Shown here piece after piece: positions 17,955 through 26,098 of a stretch of 51,358 nt of DNA. The position numbers were made by a program, and so were the translations under genes. Numbering within the stretch: position 1 is the first letter of the stretch; the number at the start of each line of letters is the position of its first letter. The notes under the pieces were generated by a model, which saw only the letters and a list, made by a program, of their open reading frames with translations, was not told the DNA's origin and searched no databases. This DNA is from an uncultured Thermotogae bacterium (GTDB lineage: Bacteria; Bipolaricaulota; Bipolaricaulia; UBA7950; UBA9294): positions 1 to 51,358 of the forward strand of contig CAZXQL010000001.1 of assembly GCA_964643395.1 (NCBI GenBank), in the 5' to 3' direction.

Positions 17955-19034
17955 CTAGGACAGGCGCTCGCGATAGGTCCGACACGCGGCCCACACGTCC
18001 AGAGGCTGCGGGCAGTTCTCGCACGAGTCTGCGCCCTGGCGCCGCCTGCAGTAGGCATCCACCATCCGGTCGAACGTGGCGGCGTTTCGGACGGCGTAGG
18101 CGATCTGATCGGCCACCGCCAGCAGCAGCAAACGGTCCTCGGCCTCGAACGCACCCGCATCGGCCCGATTCAAGACCTCGAGAACGCCGATCGGCTCGTC
18201 TCCCGCAATCAGCGGGATGGCAATGAGATTCCGCGTCACGAAGCCGGTCTCGGAGTCGATGCGTCCGTAGAATTGTCCGTCAGCGTTCACGTCATCGACG
18301 ATCTCCGCTTCCTGCGTACGCAGCACCCTTCCTGCGATTCCGTCCTGCGCGCTGAATGTCGTCTCTCCCAAGCTGGGCTTGGCCGCACCGTGCGTATGAA
18401 CGAACCGAAACGCAGTCTTGTCCTCATTGAGAAGCAAGAGAGACGCCGCTTCCGCGGACACTGCGTTCATACTGGAGAAGAGAGCGATCTCGAGGGACTC
18501 GGCCAGGCCGACGGATCGAGCCAATAGCGAGCTTGTTTCGAGGAACGTATCGTAGTGAAGGAGCTTGCGCTCCAGGCTCGCCCTGGCCGCCAGACCGTCG
18601 AACAACGCGCCAAGCCACGTCGATAGACCGTTCCACGCTGTCTCGTCGTCGGCATCTCCTTGCTTCGGGGTCGTCCACCCAACCATCCCCGCAAGGCGCC
18701 CATTCGACAGGATGGGGACCACGACCAGAACCCCGTCATGCCACGTGATCGACATCGTCTTGGGTTCCGGAGCCTCGGCAAGACGCTCCAGCCAATCCCC
18801 TCGTGCACCCTCTGCGGCGGATCTGTCAGCTTGCTCGAAGCCTATGGCCACGAACGGAGAGACGGGCAGTCGAGGATCGGAGACAGAGATGAACCCGGCA
18901 TCGGAGCCGACGAGGTCGAGCAGAAACGGGAGAATCCGCTCGCAGCACGCTTGGGGATCGGTCTCGGATTGGGCGGTCCCAACAACGGACAGAAACTCCG
19001 TCAGCTGCCTTCCGGATGCCGGATCCGTCCTCAT
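17955..19034 (-). CDS. Tandem GAF-domain protein with a 4-Cys C-terminal tail
   Basis: The second GAF is clear (SLLLLNEDKTAFRFVH...IAIPLIAGDEPIGVLEVLN). The tail is AYCRRRQGADSCENCPQPLDVWAAC. The start is uncertain: ATG 19034 is preferred, and ATG 19241 is possible. Confidence 0.65.
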   Translation of the reverse strand: MRTDPASGRQLTEFLSVVGTAQSETDPQACCERILPFLLDLVGSDAGFISVSDPRLPVSPFVAIGFEQADRSAAEGARGDWLERLAEAPEPKTMSITWHDGVLVVVPILSNGRLAGMVGWTTPKQGDADDETAWNGLSTWLGALFDGLAARASLERKLLHYDTFLETSSLLARSVGLAESLEIALFSSMNAVSAEAASLLLLNEDKTAFRFVHTHGAAKPSLGETTFSAQDGIAGRVLRTQEAEIVDDVNADGQFYGRIDSETGFVTRNLIAIPLIAGDEPIGVLEVLNRADAGAFEAEDRLLLLAVADQIAYAVRNAATFDRMVDAYCRRRQGADSCENCPQPLDVWAACRTYRERLS

Positions 19035-19255
19035 CGTTCCATCACCGATCCTAGACGAGAAGAGCCGCCGCGACGACGCACGTCGGACGCTCTCGAGCGA
19101 AAGCCAGTGTTGACCGACCGCGACCAAAACGATCGTATCTAACCCGAAATCGTACCCGCAAGTCAACTTCCAACTCCGTGATTCCGGCGGGGTCGTCGGC
19201 ATTCCTGATCCGTGTTCGGAAATGAGAATAGGTTCAGCCATTGTGCCACTTCTCG

Positions 19256-19283
19256 TTGCATCCGATTCGGCGGGCCGTATACT
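19256..19283 (+). promoter_or_regulatory. Candidate promoter of the nikR operon
   Basis: TTGCAT, 16 nt, TATACT. GGAGG lies 9 nt before the nikR ATG. Confidence 0.4.
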
Positions 19284-19318
19284 CACAGTGCTACGATTCT
19301 TGCGGAGGTAACACCATC

Positions 19319-19735
19319 ATGAGCAAGCTCGTTCGATTCAGCGTGTCCATGGATGCAGAGCTCATCGGCGCGTTTGACGCAATGAGCGAGGAGATGGGCT
19401 ACGCCAACCGTTCCGAGGCCATTCGCGATGCGATTCGTCACCGCATGGTCCTCCGTGAGTGGGAGTCCGGAGACGAAGTCGCAGGCGTGATCACGCTCCT
19501 CTACGATCATCATCGTCCCGGCCTGTCCGAAGCGCTGACCGAGATCCAACATCACGCTCTGGGAGAGGTCATCTCCACAACGCACGTTCATATCGACTCC
19601 GACAACTGTCTGGAATTCGTCGCGGTCCGCGGAGAAGCCCACGCGATCGAGCACCTGGCAGATCGCATGATCAGTCTCAAGGGAGTCAAGCACGGCGCCC
19701 TCACCGGGACGTCGACCGGAAAGCAACTGGTTTAG
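19319..19735 (+). CDS. nikR: Nickel-responsive regulator NikR (ribbon-helix-helix plus Ni-binding domain)
   Basis: N-terminal RFSVSMDAELIGAFD...GYANRSEAIRDAIR. Ni-site pattern QHH...THVHIDSDNCLE matches the E. coli H76/H87/H89/C95 layout. Confidence 0.9.
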   Translation: MSKLVRFSVSMDAELIGAFDAMSEEMGYANRSEAIRDAIRHRMVLREWESGDEVAGVITLLYDHHRPGLSEALTEIQHHALGEVISTTHVHIDSDNCLEFVAVRGEAHAIEHLADRMISLKGVKHGALTGTSTGKQLV

Positions 19736-19752
19736 GAAAAGAGGATCACAAC

Positions 19753-20553
19753 ATGAAACGAACGCTCCTACTTGTCGTCGTTCTGGCGCTTACGACCTTC
19801 AGCGCGGCTGCAACCACACATGTGGTCGCGACCCACGCCGTCTTGGCGGAGATCGCCTCCGTCGTCGGGGGAGATCAAGTCGATGTCACCGTCATCATTC
19901 CCTCCGGGTTCTGCCCTGCGCACTACGACCTCTCGCCGAGCGACTACGCCGCCCTGATCAACGCCGATATCGTTCTGTACTCGGGTTTCGAACCGTGGGT
20001 CGAGCAGTTGGCGGGCAACACCAAGGAGAATGCACTGGTCCAGCTCACCGGATCCTGGAATACCCCGGACGCGGCGGTGCAGCAGACGGAAGCGATCGCC
20101 GACGTTCTGTCCGAGAGGATCCCCGAGCCAGCGGATTCGTTTGCCGCCAACTGTGACGCGTACGTGCAGGAGCTGAGCGAGATCGGAACGGACCTGAGCG
20201 CCCGTGCAGCGTCGCTCGGCGTCGCCGGGACCCCGGTCGTGTGCATGGCATGGCAGGCGGAGTTCGTCGCGTGGCTGGGGTTCGATGTCGCCGTGACCTA
20301 CGGATTGCCGGAGAACCTGAGCATGCGGGACCTCGTCGATCTGACGGCCCAGGGCAAGGCAGCCGGAGCCGTTCTCGTGATTGACAATCTGCAGAGCGGA
20401 ATCGAGTTCGGAGCCAAGTTGGCCTACGAGGTGGGCGCCGTTCACGTCGTGCTGTCGAACTTCCCTGGGGCACTTCCCAACACGGCGACGCTCGCCGATC
20501 TTCTCGTGCGGAACGCGGAAGCGTTGTTCTCGGCCGTCGAGCCGATCGAGTAA
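19753..20553 (+). CDS. Metal ABC transporter substrate-binding protein (TroA/ZnuA, cluster A-I)
   Basis: Signal peptide without a lipobox Cys. Motifs: THAVLAEIA..., CPAHYDLSPSD, ADIVLYSG. Confidence 0.8.
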   Translation: MKRTLLLVVVLALTTFSAAATTHVVATHAVLAEIASVVGGDQVDVTVIIPSGFCPAHYDLSPSDYAALINADIVLYSGFEPWVEQLAGNTKENALVQLTGSWNTPDAAVQQTEAIADVLSERIPEPADSFAANCDAYVQELSEIGTDLSARAASLGVAGTPVVCMAWQAEFVAWLGFDVAVTYGLPENLSMRDLVDLTAQGKAAGAVLVIDNLQSGIEFGAKLAYEVGAVHVVLSNFPGALPNTATLADLLVRNAEALFSAVEPIE

Positions 20554-20594
20554 CGGGCTGAGACCCGGCTTCATCGATTCCAGGAGATAGGAGA

Positions 20595-21038
20595 ATGATG
20601 GAAACACTGAGCATTGACCCCACTTCCACCGATCTGGAGGCGTTGGTTGCCCGAGGAACGCTCTTGCACGGGCATCTGGGACCGTTCTTGGTTGCAGGGA
20701 TCCGGATGGGGCTTCTGGCGCTGCAATTGCTGGATCATCCCGGGTACTTCGGGATCCGTGCGGAATCGGCCGCTGGGTCCGTGACGCCGCAATCGTGTCT
20801 CAACGATGGGGTTCAGATCGGCTCCGGATGCACGATCGGGAAGGGGAATCTGACGATTGTCGGATCGGACGCGCCGCGCGTCGCGTTTCGCACCGAGCAG
20901 GGGGGGCAGGTCGAAATCACACTGCGACCCGACGTCGTCGCGACGTTCCCCGCGGGGGATATCCGGGACGCTTCCGAACGCGTGCGTACCCTTCCGTTGG
21001 AGGCGCTGTTCACATGGACAGTCCGGTCGTCTTCCTAG
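20595..21038 (+). CDS. FmdE/FwdE-domain protein
   Basis: HGHLGPFLVAGIRMG and SCLNDGVQIGSGCTIGKGNL match the FmdE-family signature. GGAGATAGGAGA lies before the ATG. Confidence 0.7.
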   Translation: MMETLSIDPTSTDLEALVARGTLLHGHLGPFLVAGIRMGLLALQLLDHPGYFGIRAESAAGSVTPQSCLNDGVQIGSGCTIGKGNLTIVGSDAPRVAFRTEQGGQVEITLRPDVVATFPAGDIRDASERVRTLPLEALFTWTVRSSS

Positions 21039-21742
21039 ACGGCGTCACGACGTCTTACGAGGGAGAGGCTCTCCCCTCGCTGAATCGGATTTCGCTTCGC
21101 CTCGACGCAGGCGACCGCGTCGCCATCGTCGGACCGAACGGAGCCGGGAAGACGACGCTCCTTGAGGTTGTGAACGGCCTGCTTCCCGCCACGGAGGGCG
21201 TCGTCCGAGTATTCGGACGGCCGGTAGCCAGGAATGGGCATTGGCTTCGCGCGCGCATCGCCTACATGGCGCAGGATGTGTTCTTCGAGCCCTCCACCCC
21301 GTTTCTCGTCCGTGACGTCGTGATGGCGGCACTGTACGGTCAGATTGGGCTGTTGCGCCGCCCTTCGCGCCACCACAGGGAGCGGGTGCACGCGGCGCTT
21401 CGTGCGGTCGGGATCGAAGATCTGCGTCGGCGCCCCATCGGCCGCCTCTCGGGAGGGCAGCAACGCAAGGTCCTCCTGGCGCGGGCGCTGGCGCAAAACG
21501 CCAGATTGCTCCTGCTCGACGAGCCGACGGCGAACCTCGACCCCGATGCCAAGCAAGATGTGGCCAGGATCGTTCGCGACATCGAGGCGGCACTCGATGC
21601 CACGGCGTTGGTCGTGAGTCACGAGGGCGGCCCGTTGCTCGACGATGCCGCACGGTGGATCCGCATCGAGGGCGGACGAATCGTCTACGACGGCGCGGCA
21701 TCCGAATCCCGGGTGAGTCCCGTGACGACGGCGGGTGCGTGA
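21014..21742 (+). CDS. Metal ABC transporter ATP-binding protein (ZnuC/TroB-like)
   Basis: Walker A GPNGAGKTT, signature LSGGQQRKV, Walker B LLLLDEP. It overlaps the FmdE gene by 25 nt. Confidence 0.88.
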   Translation: MDSPVVFLDGVTTSYEGEALPSLNRISLRLDAGDRVAIVGPNGAGKTTLLEVVNGLLPATEGVVRVFGRPVARNGHWLRARIAYMAQDVFFEPSTPFLVRDVVMAALYGQIGLLRRPSRHHRERVHAALRAVGIEDLRRRPIGRLSGGQQRKVLLARALAQNARLLLLDEPTANLDPDAKQDVARIVRDIEAALDATALVVSHEGGPLLDDAARWIRIEGGRIVYDGAASESRVSPVTTAGA

Positions 21743-22578
21743 TGTTCGGTCTGCCGTGGCACATCCTCTTGCCGACCTTGCTCGGAAGCCTGCTCGCCGG
21801 AATCGCTTGCAGCATGGTGGGAACGCTCGTCGTGCGTATGAACCTGTCGAGCTTGGGATTCGCCATGTCTCATGCTGCATTCGCCGGCGCCGCTCTCGGG
21901 ATCATGCTTTCGGTCCCGGAGCCGGCGTGGCTTGCCATGGCGTTCTCCCTCGCCGTCGCCGCCGTTCTCGGACCGCTCGCGGATGCGTCGCGCATGAATT
22001 CCGACACCATCGTCGGAGCCGTGTTCCCGCTTGCCATGGCGCTGGGACTGGTCTTCTTGGGGAAGGCGCCGAGTGCAGGGATCGGCGGTGGGGCGCTTTC
22101 GCTGCTTTGGGGAAGCGTTCTGGGAATCACGATGAGCCAAGTCACGGGGCTGGCCATCGTCTTGGCCGCTCTGATTGCCGTCTTTCTGCTGTTCGGCAAG
22201 GAGCTGTTGGCGCTGCTCTTGCATCGGAAGTTGGCTCGCGCATCGGGGATCAACACGCGGGCGACGTCCTATGCCGTGCTGTTCATGGTCGCCGTCGTCG
22301 TCGCCGTGTCGATGCGCGTGACGGGTGGTCTCTTGATCTACGCGCTGATGATCCTGCCTGCGTCAGCGGCATTTCAGTGGGTCTACGACATCAAGAAGGT
22401 CCTGCTGCTTGCCCCAGGGTTGGGCATCGCCTCGTCGTTGGGCGGCTTCCTGCTCTCACTGGCTGCAGATCTTCCGATCGGATCTTCGATCGCGATCTGT
22501 GCCGCCGGGGTCTTTCTCGTCTCGATTGCCGCCTCCCCCAAACGCCGCCGCCCGGCCCGGTTGGGATGGCCCTCGTGA
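21742..22578 (+). CDS. Metal ABC transporter permease (ZnuB/TroC-like)
   Basis: Polytopic protein of about 278 aa. The start overlaps the ATPase stop by 1 nt (GTGATG). Confidence 0.85.
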   Translation: MFGLPWHILLPTLLGSLLAGIACSMVGTLVVRMNLSSLGFAMSHAAFAGAALGIMLSVPEPAWLAMAFSLAVAAVLGPLADASRMNSDTIVGAVFPLAMALGLVFLGKAPSAGIGGGALSLLWGSVLGITMSQVTGLAIVLAALIAVFLLFGKELLALLLHRKLARASGINTRATSYAVLFMVAVVVAVSMRVTGGLLIYALMILPASAAFQWVYDIKKVLLLAPGLGIASSLGGFLLSLAADLPIGSSIAICAAGVFLVSIAASPKRRRPARLGWPS

Positions 22579-22731
22579 TCGAAGCGTCATCCTGGAAAGC
22601 GAATTCGGAATCCATTCCTGCTTCGCATTCCGCGATGTCGGATTAGGAATGGCCGTTCATGGTTGTCGAAGCGACTGCAGCCGTGTACGGTTGCCGGTGC
22701 AGTCCATGACGATGTGGGGGGGGATGACATC

Positions 22732-23550
22732 ATGAGGACGAGACGTTGGGCATTGGCAGGGCTTGTTGTGCTGGCGCTGCCGGGACTCATCGGTTTGGCC
22801 GCGGAGTCGGGCGGAACATGCCCCGACGTCGGTTTCCGCGTCTCCGGCGAGATCATCGGCAGTCCGGCTCTGTCCGGCGGCGTCAGTCTCGACGGCGCAC
22901 TTGGATTCGGCGAGATCTCGATCGCCGCGTGGGGAGACGCCGAAGTCGCGTCGTCCCTATCGCCGGCATTCGGCAGTGAGCTGAGATGGACGAAGGAGTG
23001 GCTGTCGGTCGCACTCGTCGCCGATTCATTGGGTCCCGATTCCGACTGGACGGTGCGTGCCGTCGCGGAGCCGGCCGCGTGGCTGTTGCGCGACGGCGTG
23101 CCGATCCTTGTCGGCGGCGCCTCCGCCACTGCGAGCGTTCCGCTGAGGGCGGGAACGCTTCCCGGCGGCCTCACAGTGTCTCCCTACCTCGCCGGCGTTG
23201 TCCCGATCGACACCGTCACAGTTACCTTCTCGGCCGGGCCGGATCTGACGCTGGACACGACGATGGGATCTCCGCAGATACTCGGCTCTCACCTGGCGTC
23301 GACTGTCGACCTCGGAGCCGTCCGGATCGACAACACGGTGGCGTTCGCCGGGTTCTACGAGACGTTCTCGTTTCTGTCGATTTCGGTCCACGTGCCCGAT
23401 TACGGGCTCGCCATCTCCGGGTTGCTGATCCCCACGGGCGGAGGATTCGTCTACCGTGTGCGCGCCGAGGCCTCCTGGGGGGCTGTGTCTCTCCTGCGCA
23501 AGCAGCTCGGTGAACCCGGCAAGATCTGCACGGGCGACGTCTGCTTCTAG
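22732..23550 (+). CDS. Secreted beta-strand-rich hypothetical protein (possible beta-barrel), C-terminal ...CTGDVCF
   Basis: Signal peptide MRTRRWALAGLVVLALPGLIGLAAE. Segments alternate hydrophobic and polar residues, and the terminal residue is Phe. I recognised no family. Confidence 0.6.
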   Translation: MRTRRWALAGLVVLALPGLIGLAAESGGTCPDVGFRVSGEIIGSPALSGGVSLDGALGFGEISIAAWGDAEVASSLSPAFGSELRWTKEWLSVALVADSLGPDSDWTVRAVAEPAAWLLRDGVPILVGGASATASVPLRAGTLPGGLTVSPYLAGVVPIDTVTVTFSAGPDLTLDTTMGSPQILGSHLASTVDLGAVRIDNTVAFAGFYETFSFLSISVHVPDYGLAISGLLIPTGGGFVYRVRAEASWGAVSLLRKQLGEPGKICTGDVCF

Positions 23551-23584
23551 ATCCTTGCTCGGCTCGAACAGGCAGGCTTGAGTT

Positions 23585-24067
23585 CTAGAATCCCGTCGGC
23601 GCGAACACCAGCATCAGCATGAAGCCGAGAACGACCACGCCCATCCCGGCAGCGATCCACGCCGTTCTGCGCCGGTGCTTGGTCCGCCGCAGCAAGGCGC
23701 GACGGATGCCTGTGAACGTATGAAAGGTGAATGCCACCATCAGCGGGATGTCGAGCAGGTTGTGCATATCGTAGGAGACACGCCACGTGATCAGCCCGCC
23801 GGTTGCGTTGCTGACGAAGTCCGCCTTCGTCATCCCGAAGCCACTCAGCATGAACAGAAACAACAGAATCGCGGATAGATAAGCAGCGTATCGGTCGACA
23901 ACGGCAAGCACTCGTTCCACGGGGTGTCGTCCCTTGGCCAAGGTCTTGGCGGGATCGATGCGAGCCACGACAAGTTCGGTCTCAGTCACTTGACCCTCCG
24001 TTTCTCGGTCATCCGGTCCAACCACGCCGTTCACGCGGCGCGTAACGTGCAATCCAGTCTTCTTCAT
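23585..24067 (-). CDS. Small membrane protein (3 predicted TM helices), hypothetical
   Basis: ATG at 24067 (MKKTGLH...) with AAGG upstream. TM segments include YLSAILLFLFMLSGFGM and WIAAGMGVVVLGFMLMLVF. Confidence 0.5.
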   Translation of the reverse strand: MKKTGLHVTRRVNGVVGPDDRETEGQVTETELVVARIDPAKTLAKGRHPVERVLAVVDRYAAYLSAILLFLFMLSGFGMTKADFVSNATGGLITWRVSYDMHNLLDIPLMVAFTFHTFTGIRRALLRRTKHRRRTAWIAAGMGVVVLGFMLMLVFAPTGF

Positions 24068-24242
24068 CCTTGCTCGTTGTCTCATCAACTTGACCCTATG
24101 CGGCGACCGTGGCGTTTGCATGGATTCCGCGTGTCGAGATCGTGAGGCTTTCGGACGACGTGTCGGGAGGACACCGTGCCTTGACCGTACCGACGACGCG
24201 GCAGTAGGTTGTCGGTAGTCTCCGATCGGGAATCGAGGTCTG

Positions 24243-25364
24243 ATGAACCGTACGAAAGCGTTGGGTATCCTATTGGCGTTGTGGGGGGCGAGTGTGTGGA
24301 GCGCGCAGGCTCAGCCCGTGATCGCGACCGTGTGCGACTACGCTCCACCGGAGAGCCGAACGATCGACTTAACGCTCCAAGGCTCGTTCAATGGGTATGA
24401 CGGCCCCTATGCGGACGACCGCAATCGGTCCCTATCGGCCAATGTGTCGGCCGACTTCAGCAGCTTCTATGCCTCCGCCTCCTCGGGAAGCCAGATCGAT
24501 GCGCGCACGGAAGTCAAGGGATCGAACTCCGGCTGGTCGGCAACGGCGACGGGGAGCGGCAGCCTGCGAACGTTCCTGCAGGACGATGTGTTCGGGATTG
24601 CCGCCGTCGGCCTGGACGCGGACACGTCCACAGGCGTCGAGATGGATCTTACTGGAGGAATCGGGAGCGGACGGTTTCGCGACGTAACGCCGATGGCCCG
24701 AGCCATTCGCATCCAGAACTCATTGCTGGATGTCGGTCAGCTCCTTGCGCCTCTGCCGGCTGACAGTCTGACTCAGTTGTCCCAAACCTTGGGCGAGGTG
24801 GGCCCGACCAAAGACGAGAGACTATCTGCGATCTCCGATCTGTTGACGGCTACGAAGCTCGTTCCGGGTGAAGAATTGGATATCCATGGACTCTTGATCA
24901 TCGAACAGGTTCTCGACGCCGGCGATGTGACCCGTCTGTGCGGCAGCGACGTCCAGGCACGCCTCGGGGCGTCGGCAACGCTGTGGCCGGCGTTCGATGT
25001 CTCCGCCACCGGGATCCTCCTCGGGCGATACGCCGCGGTTCCCGATCCCGTTTCCCAGTTGGAAGCCGATGTCGAGGCCAAGTTCCGAATCGCCTCTCTC
25101 AACCAGATGGACGTGACCGCCGATGCTTCGTACGCTCGTCAGTTGCCCGATGGTTGGACGGCGCGCGTGGAGTATCGACTGGAGATCGATCGCATGTGGA
25201 GCGACCCCACGGCGGTCGTCCTCACCCACGAGTTGTCCACGAGCCTGACGACGCAGTTGTTCGGCTGGGCGGGTGTGAGCGTTGTCGGAGACGTTCGGTA
25301 TCGGACAGGGGACGAGGAGTTGACGGTTTCGCTGGCTGTGCACGTGGAGGCGAGTGTCTTCTGA
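24243..25364 (+). CDS. Secreted hypothetical protein, paralog of 42253..43365 (beta-rich ends, helical insert)
   Basis: Signal peptide ...SVWSAQA/QP. Motifs shared with the paralog: (V/L)C(D/E)Y, GxGRFxDVTPMAxAxRI, RxCGxDV. It ends ...HVEASVF. Confidence 0.7.
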   Translation: MNRTKALGILLALWGASVWSAQAQPVIATVCDYAPPESRTIDLTLQGSFNGYDGPYADDRNRSLSANVSADFSSFYASASSGSQIDARTEVKGSNSGWSATATGSGSLRTFLQDDVFGIAAVGLDADTSTGVEMDLTGGIGSGRFRDVTPMARAIRIQNSLLDVGQLLAPLPADSLTQLSQTLGEVGPTKDERLSAISDLLTATKLVPGEELDIHGLLIIEQVLDAGDVTRLCGSDVQARLGASATLWPAFDVSATGILLGRYAAVPDPVSQLEADVEAKFRIASLNQMDVTADASYARQLPDGWTARVEYRLEIDRMWSDPTAVVLTHELSTSLTTQLFGWAGVSVVGDVRYRTGDEELTVSLAVHVEASVF

Positions 25365-26098
25365 TGCCGACCGACAGCGTTGTGAGAGCGGAGAGCCTGC
25401 GCAAGACGTTCGGACATCGCACGGCGCTCGACGGCCTGTCTCTGTCCGTCGCGCAAGGCCAGCTGTACGGTTTGGCGGGTCCCAACGGCGCGGGAAAGAC
25501 GACGCTCATCCGCACATTGTGCGGACTCTTGCGTCCGGACGAGGGCGATGCCTACCTCCTCGGGTGGCGAATGCCCAGTGCGCGCGTGCGCTCGCAGTTG
25601 GGGTACATGCCGCAGGAGTTTGCCGTCTACGACGATCTGAGCGTCATCCAGAACCTCGAGTATTTCGGCGCGTTGTACGGGTTGACCCGGAAGCAAGTCC
25701 ATGATCGGTCCGACGAACTTCTGGACCTCGTGCAGTTGGCCGACCGGAGGAGGCAACGCGTCGGGACGCTGTCCGGCGGCATGCAGCGTCGTGTTTCGCT
25801 CGCAATCAGCCTCTTGCACAAGCCGCAACTTGCGTTTCTCGACGAGCCGACGGCCGGCGTCGACCCCAAGTTGCGTCGATCGTTCTGGGACTACTTCCAT
25901 CGTCTGGCGGAGCAGGGGGTCACACTGATCGTCACGACACATCTGGTCGAAGAAGCGCTCCGCTGCCACATCGTCGGGTTCCTCATCGCCGGGCGCCTGC
26001 TGACGCAGGGTACGCCGGACGAGATTCTGGCGGAAGCCGGCAGCTCCAATCTGGATGACGCCTTCATCGCGTTGCAGGAGCGAGGTGAACGATCATGA
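25364..26098 (+). CDS. ABC transporter ATP-binding protein (ABC-2/DrrA type)
   Basis: GPNGAGKTT, LSGGMQRRVSLA, FLDEPT. The ATG overlaps the upstream TGA by 1 nt (CTGATG). Confidence 0.9.
   Translation: MPTDSVVRAESLRKTFGHRTALDGLSLSVAQGQLYGLAGPNGAGKTTLIRTLCGLLRPDEGDAYLLGWRMPSARVRSQLGYMPQEFAVYDDLSVIQNLEYFGALYGLTRKQVHDRSDELLDLVQLADRRRQRVGTLSGGMQRRVSLAISLLHKPQLAFLDEPTAGVDPKLRRSFWDYFHRLAEQGVTLIVTTHLVEEALRCHIVGFLIAGRLLTQGTPDEILAEAGSSNLDDAFIALQERGERS

Noticed and set aside
19035-19318. NikR operator in the nikR / GAF-gene intergenic region.
   Set aside because: There is no GTATGA-N16-TCATAC-like or other convincing dyad. Only a weak CGTA-N12-TACG motif lies near the -10 box. NikR operators vary between taxa, so absence of a match is not informative.
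22579-22731. Possible RNA structure (CCATTCCT...AGGAATGG with nested GGAAT/ATTCC) between the ABC permease and the beta-rich secreted gene, considered as a riboswitch or attenuator.
   Set aside because: It has an 8-bp stem with a loop of about 25 nt and no similarity to any riboswitch consensus I know. It may be a weak terminator. I am not confident enough to annotate it.
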